Shown here one piece after another: positions 1-8,785 of a stretch of 32,000 nt of DNA (position 1 is its first letter; every line of letters starts with the position of its first letter). Source of the stretch: Cystobacter fuscus (lineage in GTDB: Bacteria; Myxococcota; Myxococcia; Myxococcales; Myxococcaceae); assembly GCF_044360685.1 (NCBI RefSeq), contig NZ_CP043491.1, forward strand, positions 7,499,542 to 7,531,541, given 5' to 3'. The notes beneath the pieces were generated by a model. The model had not been told where the DNA came from and did no database searches. It was given only the letters and a program-made list of their open reading frames with translations. A program made the translations under genes and the position numbers.

Positions 1-136
1 CGGGTAATGTGCTCGTCCGCACCACTTTCGGCTGCATCGGAGGTCGCGGGGAAATCTTCTCCGGGGACGTGGTACACGAAACAGATAGGACGAGCGACAG
101 GGCCATGACGACGTGCCGCCAGGAGCGGGTTCTCAT
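1..136 (-). CDS. putative lipoprotein, N-terminal 45 codons only (gene continues beyond the left edge)
   Basis: Hand translation of the minus strand from ATG 136..134 gives MRTRSWRHVVMALSLVLSVSCTTSPEKISPRPPMQPKVVRTSTLP with no stop before position 1. It has a basic n-region, a hydrophobic core and a lipobox-like LSVS-C. It is open-ended and therefore absent from the ORF track. No clear Shine-Dalgarno. Confidence 0.4.
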   Translation of the reverse strand, partial: MRTRSWRHVVMALSLVLSVSCTTSPEKISPRPPMQPKVVRTSTLP

Positions 137-169
137 GCCCGGCAGCATGCATGCCCAAACGGCCTCGCG

Positions 170-411
170 CTACCTCGTGCCGAAGAGCCGATCTCCCGTG
201 TCGCCCAGGTTCGGCTGGGTAAGCTGTACTCGTTGAGTTTCTCGTCCATCGCGGCGGTGTAGACGCACACGTCCGGGTGGTGCTCGCGCAGGTTGGCCAA
301 GCCCTCGGGGCATGACCAGAGAAGATGTCCAGAAACTGCTCGACGTCGAGCTGCCGGGGTTCGGTGTTGACGCAGCCCGTGACGGAGGCCAGCAAGCTCA
401 TCCACAGCCAC
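170..411 (-). pseudogene. upp: uracil phosphoribosyltransferase (upp) remnant, 5'-truncated and frameshifted
   Basis: ORF 133..411 reads ...SCPEGLANLREHHPDVCVYTAAMDEKLNEY, which matches the UPRTase C-terminal region (AAPEG...HPDV.IYTAAID.KLNE). It then loses similarity. Shifting one frame near 220-226 gives LTQPNLGDTGDRLFGTR-stop (stop 170..172), the canonical [9 protein letters not shown].FGT terminus with exactly the expected spacing. Only about 90 of roughly 210 residues are recognisable, and upstream frames are closed by stops at about 420-440. Confidence 0.55.
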
Positions 412-641
412 CGCGAGGTGGACGGGCGGAAAAAGACAAGAGGGAGTTCATGTCAACGGCGACTACTGGACACGAATGACGTCACCGTCGCGGGAGGTTG
501 GAATTTTGCGTCACGCTGTCATGGGGACGCGCGCTTAAACCCGAAAAAATGAGCCGATTGCTCCTAGGCGGCATCACGTCCCCGCCGAAGCAGGAAGACG
601 CGACCTACCCCGATTCCCGGCAGCAAGACAGGAAGGCCATC

Positions 642-1043
642 ATGAACAAGACTATCGTCCGTCGAACCACCATTGCCGTGACCGTCATGGGCCTGCTCGG
701 CCTGATGGGCTCCCTGGTCGTGCCGTCCGCCAATGCATCGCAGGTGAGCACCCTCGCCACCTGCAACGCCACCTGGTACGGAGCGGTGGGCGAAATCCCC
801 GAGGGATGGCCGACCGCCAGCGGTGAGCCCTTCCACCGAATGGCGCTCAAGGCCGCGCACAACTCCCTGCCGTTCGGCACCCGGGTCAAGGTGTCCTACC
901 AGGGCCGGTCCGTCACCGTGACCATCAATGATCGCGGAGGCTTTGGCGGCGCGACGTGCCTGGACCTCACCTACGGAGCGTTCACGCAGATCGCCAATAC
1001 CGACCTCGGCGTCATCCCCGTGCAGTACGAGATCCTCAGGTGA
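642..1043 (+). CDS. secreted RlpA-like double-psi beta-barrel (DPBB) domain protein
   Basis: ORF 498..1043 trimmed to ATG 642, with GGAAGG 5 nt upstream. A signal peptide (TIAVTVMGLLGLMGSLVVPSANA-S) is followed by WYG...ASGEPF...AAHNSLPFGTRVKV..GRSVTVTINDRGGF...LDLT, the RlpA/DPBB motif series. Confidence 0.85.
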   Translation: MNKTIVRRTTIAVTVMGLLGLMGSLVVPSANASQVSTLATCNATWYGAVGEIPEGWPTASGEPFHRMALKAAHNSLPFGTRVKVSYQGRSVTVTINDRGGFGGATCLDLTYGAFTQIANTDLGVIPVQYEILR

Positions 1044-1142
1044 GAGCACGCCGTGCGCCAGGAAGAACCCCCTCTAGCGCACAGGCGGGGCCCGCGCTTC
1101 GGTGGAGCGTGGACGGAGGGGACATGCGGCGACCCGTGCCCT

Positions 1143-1838
1143 TCACTCGGAGTCCACCACCCAGAATCGCCACTCCGTGGGAGTATCCCAGCGCCGTCGG
1201 TATTGCTCCCGCTCCTCCTCGGGCAAGCTCCTCCAGAATGGGGACCATGCGTGAAGCAACCACGCCTCTCCATTGCCCTGCCGCCATCCCGAAGAGACGG
1301 GCCCATACCCAGGAAACGCTCGCCAGGGAGGCGGCATGTCTCCCGCTTGATTGAGTTTCCGAGTCTCCGAGAGAAAGACTTCGTTCAGTCCAATCAGGGA
1401 GAGATGGCAGACCCACTCGCTCCAAGACTTCACCACGACCAGAAGCCGCGCCTCATCGCCACGCCCATGCTCCTCGCAATGAGGAATCCGTGTGAGAACC
1501 TGGTCGCGGCGGAGAAAACCCAGCCAGCCTGGATGGGCATGGGCCGGAAGATACCGATGCGCTGCTCGTGAGCAGACGCAGCAGTCTGGTGGAAATGTAA
1601 GTGTGCGCTCCGCCCGCCAACACTCCAATACGGGGAGGGTCAAGAACCAGTCCGCCTGACGCAACATGGGATAGCCCGCGTAGGCCAGGGTTGCATCCTC
1701 GTCGGCCAGGGGATGCTTCGGCGGAGGACTCGAGGACTTCTCGAGTCCGAAGATACGCCGGATCTGACGGTCCAGGTTCATGTGCCCCAGAAGTGAACCA
1801 AAGAGGTCCATGCGATGGAAGAGTGGGCTCCATCGCAT
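1143..1838 (-). CDS. hypothetical protein, Trp/Cys-rich
   Basis: 231-aa ORF with non-degenerate composition, unlike the Arg/Ala/Pro-rich shadow ORFs. GC is about 60% in a 100-nt hand count. Contains PDCCVC...HCEEHG and a W-rich C-terminus (WSPFWRSLPEEEREQYRRRWDTPTEWRFW). The start is uncertain (M1 1838, M10 1811 or M20 1781). No family recognised. Confidence 0.5.
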   Translation of the reverse strand: MRWSPLFHRMDLFGSLLGHMNLDRQIRRIFGLEKSSSPPPKHPLADEDATLAYAGYPMLRQADWFLTLPVLECWRAERTLTFPPDCCVCSRAAHRYLPAHAHPGWLGFLRRDQVLTRIPHCEEHGRGDEARLLVVVKSWSEWVCHLSLIGLNEVFLSETRKLNQAGDMPPPWRAFPGYGPVSSGWRQGNGEAWLLHAWSPFWRSLPEEEREQYRRRWDTPTEWRFWVVDSE

Positions 1839-1892
1839 CCGGAAACCCGCGCGGCCCGTCGAACAGGCGGGGGACGTGCCCTCCTCCTCGCC

Positions 1893-2768
1893 CTACTCCT
1901 GGATGAAGGCCAGCAGGTCGCGGTTGATGACGTCCTTGTTGATCGAGCACATGCCGTGGCTGAAGCCCGGGTAGCTCTTGAGCCGCGCGCCCTTGACCAG
2001 CGAGACCGTGAGCTTCGCCGCGCCGTCGATCGGCACGATCTGATCGTCGTCGCCGTGCATCACCAGGGTCGGTACGTCGAACCTGGCGAGATCAGCGCGG
2101 AAGTCCGTCTCCGAGAAGGCCTTGATGCAGTCGTATTCGGCCTTCAGCCCACCCATCATGCCCTGCATCCAGAAGCTGTCGCGCAGACCCTCCGAGACCT
2201 TCACGCCCGGGCGATTGAAGCCGTAGAACGCAATGCTCAGCTCCTTGATGAAGCTCGAGCGGTCACCGCGCACCCCGGCCCGGATACCGTCGAACACGTC
2301 CATGGGCAGGCCATTCGGGTGCCAGTCGGTCTTGAGCATGATCGGCGGCACGGCGCCAATGAGCACCGCCTTGGCGACGCGCGAGGTCCCGTGACGGCCG
2401 ATATAGCGCGTGACCTCACCACCCCCGGTCGAGTGGCCGACATGCACGGCCTTCTCGAGACCGAGCGCGGCGGTCAGCTGGGCGAGATCATCGGCATAGG
2501 TGTCCATGTCGTGGCCGTCCCACGGCTGTGACGAGCGGCCATGACCGCGGCGATCGTGGGCGATGGTGCGGTAGCCCTGCGCCGACAGGAACAGCATCTG
2601 ATCCTCCCAGGCGTCCGCGGTGAGCGGCCAGCCATGAGAGAACACGATGGGCTTGCCATTCTTCGGGCCCCAATCCTTGAAGTAGATCTGGGTGCCGTCC
2701 CGGGTCGTGAGATAGCTGCCAGAGATCTTGCCCGCGTGAGCGGTGAGGGAATCCGTCTGGGTGTTCAT
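1893..2768 (-). CDS. alpha/beta hydrolase, non-heme (cofactor-free) chloroperoxidase / arylesterase family
   Basis: 291 aa. Shows the FSHGWPL oxyanion motif, the nucleophile elbow VGHSTGGGE, and the acid and His regions [10 protein letters not shown] and GFSHGM. Length and motif order are typical of the family. AGGAAA SD lies about 7 nt upstream of ATG 2768. Confidence 0.9.
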   Translation of the reverse strand: MNTQTDSLTAHAGKISGSYLTTRDGTQIYFKDWGPKNGKPIVFSHGWPLTADAWEDQMLFLSAQGYRTIAHDRRGHGRSSQPWDGHDMDTYADDLAQLTAALGLEKAVHVGHSTGGGEVTRYIGRHGTSRVAKAVLIGAVPPIMLKTDWHPNGLPMDVFDGIRAGVRGDRSSFIKELSIAFYGFNRPGVKVSEGLRDSFWMQGMMGGLKAEYDCIKAFSETDFRADLARFDVPTLVMHGDDDQIVPIDGAAKLTVSLVKGARLKSYPGFSHGMCSINKDVINRDLLAFIQE

Positions 2769-2908
2769 GGATGTTTCCTTTCAAACCGCCACCCTAATCA
2801 TTCCCGAATCCTCCCGAATCACTCGAAGGAGTGATCCATGGCTACCCCATCCAGAAATGTCTTCCCAATGACTCAGGCGATTGCCTGAAGAGGGAGGGAC
2901 GCCCGTCG

Positions 2909-3685
2909 TCAGGCCATCTCGCCGCGTGACAGCGCCAGGACGAGCAGGAGGGCGCACTCCCCCACCTGCTGCGTGGCCCCGAGAAAGTCCCCAGTGATGC
3001 CCCCCGCGCGCACCCGGAAGCGCCAGCCACACACGAGCGCGGTGAGGCCAGCGGCCGCCAGCAGGGCCCACGCGGTGGCCACCTCCAACCCTCCCCTCCA
3101 GAGCAGCGCACCCATCAGCAGGACGGGACAGGCGGTGGCCAGCATCGCCTGGGCTCCGGACACGCGCACCATGCTCTGACTGCGTGAGGTCGCATTGCTC
3201 GACACGTAGGGCAGGCTCACCATCAGCCAGATGGGAGGGGTGCGTGCCAGGCATTGGCTCAACACGAGGGCCAGGGGCGCGGTCTCATCGAGCCTCGCCA
3301 GCAGCGCGATGCGCAGCACCAGCACGACGCACAGCGCCGCCGCGCCGAAGGAGCCGATGCGGCTGTCCTTGAGGATCTCGAAGAGGCGCGCGCGGTCATA
3401 CGCGCCCCCGAGCGCGTCAGCGGTGTCGGCCAGGCCGTCCTCGTGAAGCGCGCCCGTGAGCAGCATCCCCACGCCCACCACCAACGCGGCGGCCACCAGG
3501 GGCCCCGCGCGCTCGACAGCCAGCCAGAGCAACGCCAGCAGCCCACCGAGGCTCGCGCCCACCAGCGGAAACCAGCCCGAGGCCCACTGCCAGTCCGCCG
3601 GGGTGTAGGGAAAGCCTCCCACGGGAATGCGGGTATAGAAGGCGAAGGCCGCACGGGCTCCCCGCACCATGGGAGGCAGTTGCAT
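2909..3685 (-). CDS. cobS: adenosylcobinamide-GDP ribazoletransferase (cobalamin synthase)
   Basis: ORF 2909..3895 trimmed to M71 (ATG 3685..3683), which shares one nt with the cobT stop (TGATG). The 258-aa polytopic membrane protein carries FYTRIP, HEDGLADTADALGG and ITGDFLGA motifs typical of CobS. Confidence 0.9.
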   Translation of the reverse strand: MQLPPMVRGARAAFAFYTRIPVGGFPYTPADWQWASGWFPLVGASLGGLLALLWLAVERAGPLVAAALVVGVGMLLTGALHEDGLADTADALGGAYDRARLFEILKDSRIGSFGAAALCVVLVLRIALLARLDETAPLALVLSQCLARTPPIWLMVSLPYVSSNATSRSQSMVRVSGAQAMLATACPVLLMGALLWRGGLEVATAWALLAAAGLTALVCGWRFRVRAGGITGDFLGATQQVGECALLLVLALSRGEMA

Positions 3686-4764
3686 CAGCCCTGCCCCTTG
3701 TCTGGAACCCCGGCCTCCTCGAAGGTGGCCATGCCCGCGTGAAGCGCGCACGCGGCGTCCACCAGCGGCAGTGCCGTCAGCGCGCCACTGCCCTCCCCCA
3801 GCCGCATCCCCAGCTCGAGCAGCGGCCTCGCGCCGAGCGCCTCCAGCACATGCCGGTGGCCCGCCTCCGCCGAACGGTGGGCGAACAGCATCCACTCCCG
3901 CGCTCCCGGGGCCATCCGCTCCAGCGCCAGCATGGCCACCGACACGATGAAGCCGTCCACCAGCACGGCCTTGCGCAGCTCGATGGCCCGCGCCGCCGCG
4001 CCGATCAGGGCGGCGATGTCCCGTCCGCCAGCGGAGCGCACGGCCTGCTCGGGACTCACGCCCCGAAGCCGCCGCACCGCATCCCGCACCACCTCCACCT
4101 TGCGCGCCAGGCCCGCCTCGTCCACGCCCGTGCCCCTGCCCACCACCTCCTCCGCCTCCCGCCCGAGCAGCAGCGCCGCCACCGCGGCCGCCACGGTGGT
4201 GTTGCCAATGCCCATCTCTCCCAGCACCACCACGCGGACATCGTCCGGAAGCTTGTCCACCTCCGCAGCTCCCGCCGCCAGCGCACGCTGGAAGGTGGCC
4301 TCGCTCATCGCGTCCTCCACCCGCAGGTCACCCCCCGGCTCGTCCGCCACCGGATCGCGCCGGAAGGAGACCCCCTCGACGGAAGGCGGCGAGAGCGGCC
4401 GCATCACGCCCACGTCCACCACGCGCAGCGGCACGCCCAGGTGCCGGCACAGGACACTGGAGGCCGCTCCACCCCGAAGGAAGTTCTCCACCATGGCCCC
4501 GGTGACGGCCTGGGGATAGGGCGAGACGCCATGACGGGTGACGGCATGATCCGACGCGAAGAGCAGGGCCGCCGCGGGCCGGCTCCGAGGCAGTGTCGTG
4601 CCTTGGAGGGCGGCCAGCTTCACCGCCACCTCCTCCAGCGCCCCCAGGCTGCCCGGGGGCTTGGTGAGACGGGACTGTCTGTCTCGTGCGCTGTTGGCCG
4701 CTGCCGTGTCCGACGTCGGAATGCTCCACTGTCCTCGCTTCGTCTCCACCGTCCACGTGCTCAT
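3685..4764 (-). CDS. cobT: nicotinate-nucleotide--dimethylbenzimidazole phosphoribosyltransferase
   Basis: Motifs LTKPPGSLGALEE, FASDHAV..HGVS, VVDVGV and GEMGIGNTT indicate the CobT family. ATG 4764 is preceded by AGGGGGA 6 nt upstream. An alternative GTG at 4785 would overlap the cobQ stop (GTGA). Confidence 0.9.
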   Translation of the reverse strand: MSTWTVETKRGQWSIPTSDTAAANSARDRQSRLTKPPGSLGALEEVAVKLAALQGTTLPRSRPAAALLFASDHAVTRHGVSPYPQAVTGAMVENFLRGGAASSVLCRHLGVPLRVVDVGVMRPLSPPSVEGVSFRRDPVADEPGGDLRVEDAMSEATFQRALAAGAAEVDKLPDDVRVVVLGEMGIGNTTVAAAVAALLLGREAEEVVGRGTGVDEAGLARKVEVVRDAVRRLRGVSPEQAVRSAGGRDIAALIGAAARAIELRKAVLVDGFIVSVAMLALERMAPGAREWMLFAHRSAEAGHRHVLEALGARPLLELGMRLGEGSGALTALPLVDAACALHAGMATFEEAGVPDKGQG

Positions 4765-4781
4765 TTCGTTCCCCCTGGGGC

Positions 4782-6263
4782 TCACAACCCCACCAACTGG
4801 TCAATGTACGTAAGGTCCAATGCACTCGCGAAGTGATCGGCGAGCACCTCGTAAGGGTCGGCCGGTGAGAAACCCGCCGTCACCACACCGAGTTCCGACA
4901 GCAGCGCCCGCCGCACCGGCACGTTCTCGAAGAGGCCGTGCACGAGAGTCCCCGCTACCTTCCCTTCCCGTGCCACGCACCCCTCGGGCTCCTGGCCCTC
5001 TCCAGGCCGCACCCGCATGCCGAAGGGTTGTGCGCCCGGCGCCACCGTCACCTGCCCACAATGGATTTCGTAGCCCCGCACCTCGGCGCCTCCCGCGGCG
5101 CGCATCCCCGGCAGCCCCTCCCCGAGCCGCAAGGACACCGGCGCGGTGGACTTCTCCTTCTCGAAGCGCGTCACCACCGGCAGCAGGCCCAGCCCCGCCA
5201 CATCCGGCTCCGACGACTCCACGCCCAACGGATCGAGGATGCGCTCGCCCATCATCTGGTAGCCGCCACAGATGCCCAGCACCGGTTGGCCCTCGTGCAC
5301 CCGCCGCACCAGCGCTCCCGCCAGGCCCGTGCGCCGCAGCCACCCCAGATCGTTCGCCGTGCACTTGGTGCCCGGGATGATGACGAGCCGCGCTCCCTCC
5401 AGCTCCTCGGGCCGCTCGCACCAGCGCACCTCCACTCCCGGCTCGCGCGCCAGCGGCTCGAACTCATCGAAGTTGGACAGGCGCGGCAGTCTCAGGATGC
5501 ACACCAGCGCCCCACCCCGCGCCTCCGGCTCTCCCTTGCGCAAGTCCAGCGAGTCCTCACTGGCGATGCCCGTGTCTCCCAAGTGGGGGATGACTCCGGC
5601 CACGCGGATGCCGCACCGCTTCTCCAGAAAGCGCACCCCTCCCTCGAACAGGGCCGGGTCGCCGCGGAACTTGTTCACCACCAGCGCCCGCACCCGCTCC
5701 CGCTCCGAGGGCTCCAGCAGCTCCAGCGTCCCCACCAGCGCCGCCAGCGCCCCTCCCCGCTCGATGTCCGTCACCAGGGCCACCGGGGCGTCGGCTCGCT
5801 CGGCCACCCACATGTTCACGAGATCCCGATCCTTGAGGTTCACCTCCGCCGGGCTGCCCGCCCCCTCGATGATGACCAGCTCATGGCGCTCGCGCAGGGC
5901 GTCCAAGGCCTGTCCCACCACCTCGCGCAGCTCGGGCTTGCGCCGGTGGTAGTCGCGGAAGTGCATGCTCCCCAGCACCCGGCCCATCACCACCACCTGG
6001 GAGCCCGACGTCGTCTCCGGTTTGAGGAGGATGGGATTCATCTCCGCGCACGGCACCGCTCGCGCCGCCTCCGCCTGGGCGTACTGGGCCCGGCCAATCT
6101 CCGCTCCATCCGGTGTCACCGCGGAGTTGAGGGCCATGTTCTGCGACTTGAAGGGCGCCACCTTGAAGCCCCGCCGCGCGTAGATGCGGCAGAGGGCCGT
6201 CACCAGCAGGCTCTTGCCCACGCTGGAGGCGGTGCCTTGGATCATCAGGGTACGGGCCTTCAT
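4782..6263 (-). CDS. cobQ: cobyric acid synthase (adenosylcobyrinic acid a,c-diamide amidotransferase)
   Basis: ORF 4782..7241 trimmed to MKARTLMIQGTASSVGKS (ATG 6263..6261), which overlaps the cobD stop as ATGA. 493 aa, with an N-terminal CobQ/CobB/MinD-type nucleotide-binding domain and a C-terminal GATase domain (GICGGYQMMG ... H). Confidence 0.92.
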   Translation of the reverse strand: MKARTLMIQGTASSVGKSLLVTALCRIYARRGFKVAPFKSQNMALNSAVTPDGAEIGRAQYAQAEAARAVPCAEMNPILLKPETTSGSQVVVMGRVLGSMHFRDYHRRKPELREVVGQALDALRERHELVIIEGAGSPAEVNLKDRDLVNMWVAERADAPVALVTDIERGGALAALVGTLELLEPSERERVRALVVNKFRGDPALFEGGVRFLEKRCGIRVAGVIPHLGDTGIASEDSLDLRKGEPEARGGALVCILRLPRLSNFDEFEPLAREPGVEVRWCERPEELEGARLVIIPGTKCTANDLGWLRRTGLAGALVRRVHEGQPVLGICGGYQMMGERILDPLGVESSEPDVAGLGLLPVVTRFEKEKSTAPVSLRLGEGLPGMRAAGGAEVRGYEIHCGQVTVAPGAQPFGMRVRPGEGQEPEGCVAREGKVAGTLVHGLFENVPVRRALLSELGVVTAGFSPADPYEVLADHFASALDLTYIDQLVGL

Positions 6264-7333
6264 TCGAGCGACTCCCGGACACGCCGCCAGGCGGCGCGCA
6301 GAAGGGGATGGTCCGCCTCGAGTCTCACGCCGAGGCGGATGTGATGCGGAAGGCCGAGGCTGGTGCAGTCCCGCACCCGGATGCCGGCCTGGGCCGCGGC
6401 CGTGGAGAAGGCGCGAGCCTCGGGCACCCGGCACAGGAGGAACGTGCCCCCGGAGGCGTCCACCCAGGCACCGGCCTCGGTCAGGAGCGAGTGCTGCGCG
6501 CTCCGCAGCCGGGCCACCTCCGCCCTCACCGCGTCCACCTGCCCGAGACAGTCGAGCGCCACCCGGCCCGCCGCCAGCGCCGGCGCCGACACGTTCCAGG
6601 GCGGAAGGGACGCCTGCACCGCGCGAAGCAGCCGTGGCTCTCCCAGCAGGTAGCCGAGCCGCAGTCCCGGCAGGGCGAACACCTTGGTGAGGGAGCGCAG
6701 CACCACGACATTGCCTCCCGGGCTCATGGGCGGCACGCCCTCGAAGAGCGGCTGGTAGGCCTCGTCCACCACCACCAGCGTCCCGGGCGAGGCCTCCGCC
6801 GCGGCCCGCACCGCCTCCATCGGGAAGACGGCGAGGCAGGGATTGCTCGGCCGGCACACGAAGAGCAGTGACGGCGTGTGGCGGCGGAGCATGGAGAGCA
6901 GCGCCTCGAGGTTCCACCCGAAGGGCGGCCCCTCGGCGGCGAGGCATTCCACCGTGGCTCCGCTGGCGCGCACCGCCTGGGCGTACTCCGCGAAGGCGGG
7001 GGTGAGCACCACCGCGCTCCGTCCCGGTCCGGCGAAGGCACGAGCCAGGGCCCAGATGAGCTCCACCGAGCCATTGCCCACCACCACCCCATCGAGCGGC
7101 AGCCCATGCAGCCCGGCCACGCGCTCGCGCAGGGGAAGCCCGGTGGGATGCGGGTAGCGCCGCACGTCCGCGGCACGGAAGGCCTCGAGCACCGCTTCCG
7201 GGGGAGGCAGCGGGGAGACACCCGTGCTGAAGTCCACGCACCCGGGCGCCGCGTCCCCCCCGTGCGGAGTGGGCGTCAGGTCGTGCAGCTCAGGGCGAGG
7301 CGAGGGCAACACGGAACCCCTCCCCATAGACAT
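6260..7333 (-). CDS. cobD: L-threonine-O-3-phosphate decarboxylase (Salmonella CobD; CobC in Pseudomonas denitrificans nomenclature), class I/II aminotransferase fold
   Basis: 357 aa. Has an N-terminal HGG, the PLP-lysine motif RSLTKVFALPGLRLGY, and the conserved position between cbiB and cobQ. The start is uncertain (7333, 7327 or GTG 7312); all overlap the cbiB 3' end by 23-44 nt. Confidence 0.8.
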   Translation of the reverse strand: MSMGRGSVLPSPRPELHDLTPTPHGGDAAPGCVDFSTGVSPLPPPEAVLEAFRAADVRRYPHPTGLPLRERVAGLHGLPLDGVVVGNGSVELIWALARAFAGPGRSAVVLTPAFAEYAQAVRASGATVECLAAEGPPFGWNLEALLSMLRRHTPSLLFVCRPSNPCLAVFPMEAVRAAAEASPGTLVVVDEAYQPLFEGVPPMSPGGNVVVLRSLTKVFALPGLRLGYLLGEPRLLRAVQASLPPWNVSAPALAAGRVALDCLGQVDAVRAEVARLRSAQHSLLTEAGAWVDASGGTFLLCRVPEARAFSTAAAQAGIRVRDCTSLGLPHHIRLGVRLEADHPLLRAAWRRVRESLE

Positions 7334-8243
7334 AGGCGGCCGTCAGCGCCGCGGCCAGCAACGAAGCCGCCACCATGAGGAAGACCGCCCGGCGGATGTC
7401 CTCCGCGCCCGGCTGGCGTCCTCCGGCGCCCAACCGGTAGTGCCCCACCTTCTCCAGCTCCACCCCCAGCCCTCCGGCCACCGCGGCCATGGGGCGGCCC
7501 GCGTTGGGGCTCTCGGTGGCGGCGCCGTCGCGCCACCAGGAGATCACCGCCCGGGCCGGAGAGGCACCACACAGCGCGCACGCCAGCACGAGGAGCGCGG
7601 CGGACAGGCGCGCGGGCACCAGGTTGAGGACGTCGTCCAACCGGGCGGCGGCCTTGCCCAACCACTCCAGCTCTCCACGGTAGCCAATCATCGCATCCAG
7701 GGTGTTGGCCGCCCGGTACGCGAGCGCTCCGGGGACGCCCGCCACCGCGTAGAAGAGCAGCGGCGCCACCACCGAGTCCGAGGTGTTCTCCGCCACCGAC
7801 TCCACCGCCGCCGCCGCCAACAGCGGGGGCTCGAGGCCCGAGGTGTCACGCGACACGAGGCTGCGCAAGGCGAAGCGGGCCGCGGGCGCATCCCCCTCGC
7901 TCAGCGCGCGGAAGACGGCCAGGCCCGCCTCGGCGAGGGCCCGCACCGCGAAGGCGCTCTTGAGGAGGTACACCTCGAGCGCGAGCTGCACGAGGGGCCA
8001 GGAGGAGACGAGGCGCAGCAGGGCCCACGCTCCGAGTCCGAAGACGGCGGGACCCGTCACCGCCATCACCAGGCCGTGGAGGAAAGCGGGCACGGGCGCA
8101 CGGGGCGCCAGCCGGCGCAGGCGCCGTTGCAGGCGTCCCATCCACACCACGGGGTGCAGCACCGTGGGAGGCTCGCCCCAGGCGAGGTCCACCCCGAGCG
8201 CGGCCACCAGCACCAGGACCGCATGCAGTCCCCCGTCCATCAT
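7290..8243 (-). CDS. cbiB: adenosylcobinamide-phosphate synthase
   Basis: 317-aa membrane protein with HPVVWMG, ENTSDSVVAPLFY, YRAANTLDAMIGY and NAGRPMAA motifs of the CbiB/CobD family. Its start ATG 8243 overlaps the cobU stop (ATGA). Confidence 0.9.
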   Translation of the reverse strand: MMDGGLHAVLVLVAALGVDLAWGEPPTVLHPVVWMGRLQRRLRRLAPRAPVPAFLHGLVMAVTGPAVFGLGAWALLRLVSSWPLVQLALEVYLLKSAFAVRALAEAGLAVFRALSEGDAPAARFALRSLVSRDTSGLEPPLLAAAAVESVAENTSDSVVAPLLFYAVAGVPGALAYRAANTLDAMIGYRGELEWLGKAAARLDDVLNLVPARLSAALLVLACALCGASPARAVISWWRDGAATESPNAGRPMAAVAGGLGVELEKVGHYRLGAGGRQPGAEDIRRAVFLMVAASLLAAALTAAYVYGEGFRVALASP

Positions 8244-8785
8244 CCGCCCGCCCCCACCACCCAGTGGCCCGGTTTGATCCGCAGCAGCAGCCCGAGCGCG
8301 CCGAAGTACACCTCGTCCGCCGCGGCCGCCAGGCGCTGGTGCGCTCCCCCACTCACGTCACGGAAGGTGCGTCCCAGCGGCGTCTCGGGGACGAGCCCCA
8401 TGCCGACCTCGTTGGTCACCAGGAGGGTGGCGCTCCGCCGCCGCTGGAGCACCCCCACCAGCCGATCCACCTCGCCGAGGATGCTCTCCGCCTCATCCCC
8501 CCGAAGCAGGAGGTTGGACAGCCACAGCGTCACGCAGTCCACCACCGCCACGTCCGCCGTGTCCGCTTCCAACACCTCGCACAGCCGGCGCGGCTCCTCC
8601 ACCGTCTCGAAGAGGCCGACCCGCTCCTCGCGGTGGCGCCGCGCGCGCTCGCGCATCTCGTCGTCGAAGGGCTCGGAGGTGGCGATGAAGGTGCGCCGCG
8701 TTCCCAACTTCTGGGCCAGCTCGAGCGCGAAGCGGCTCTTGCCACAGCGCACGCCACCGCCCACCAGGACGATCTTCCCGCTCAC
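8240..8785 (-). CDS. cobU: bifunctional adenosylcobinamide kinase / adenosylcobinamide-phosphate guanylyltransferase
   Basis: ORF 8240..9070 trimmed to GTG 8785..8783, which overlaps the cbiZ stop (GTGA). 181 aa with P-loop LVGGGVRCGKS, then FIAT...DDEM..R...H, VVDCVTLWLSN and LVTNEVGMGLVPE. Confidence 0.9.
   Translation of the reverse strand: MSGKIVLVGGGVRCGKSRFALELAQKLGTRRTFIATSEPFDDEMRERARRHREERVGLFETVEEPRRLCEVLEADTADVAVVDCVTLWLSNLLLRGDEAESILGEVDRLVGVLQRRRSATLLVTNEVGMGLVPETPLGRTFRDVSGGAHQRLAAAADEVYFGALGLLLRIKPGHWVVGAGG

Noticed and set aside
9-552. Plus-strand ORFs 9..236 and 325..552, and the N-terminal 48 codons of ORF 498..1043
   Set aside because: ORFs 9..236 and 325..552 overlap the better-explained minus-strand lipoprotein fragment and upp remnant. 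The RlpA-like protein has a proper SD and signal peptide only from ATG 642.
4782-7241. 819-aa ORF that suggests a giant CobQ with a 326-aa N-terminal extension
   Set aside because: The extension is Arg/Ala/Gly/Pro-rich low complexity. It lies out of frame over the well-supported cobD gene (6260..7333). The CobQ homology begins exactly at MKARTLMIQG (ATG 6263), which forms an ATGA overlap with the cobD stop.
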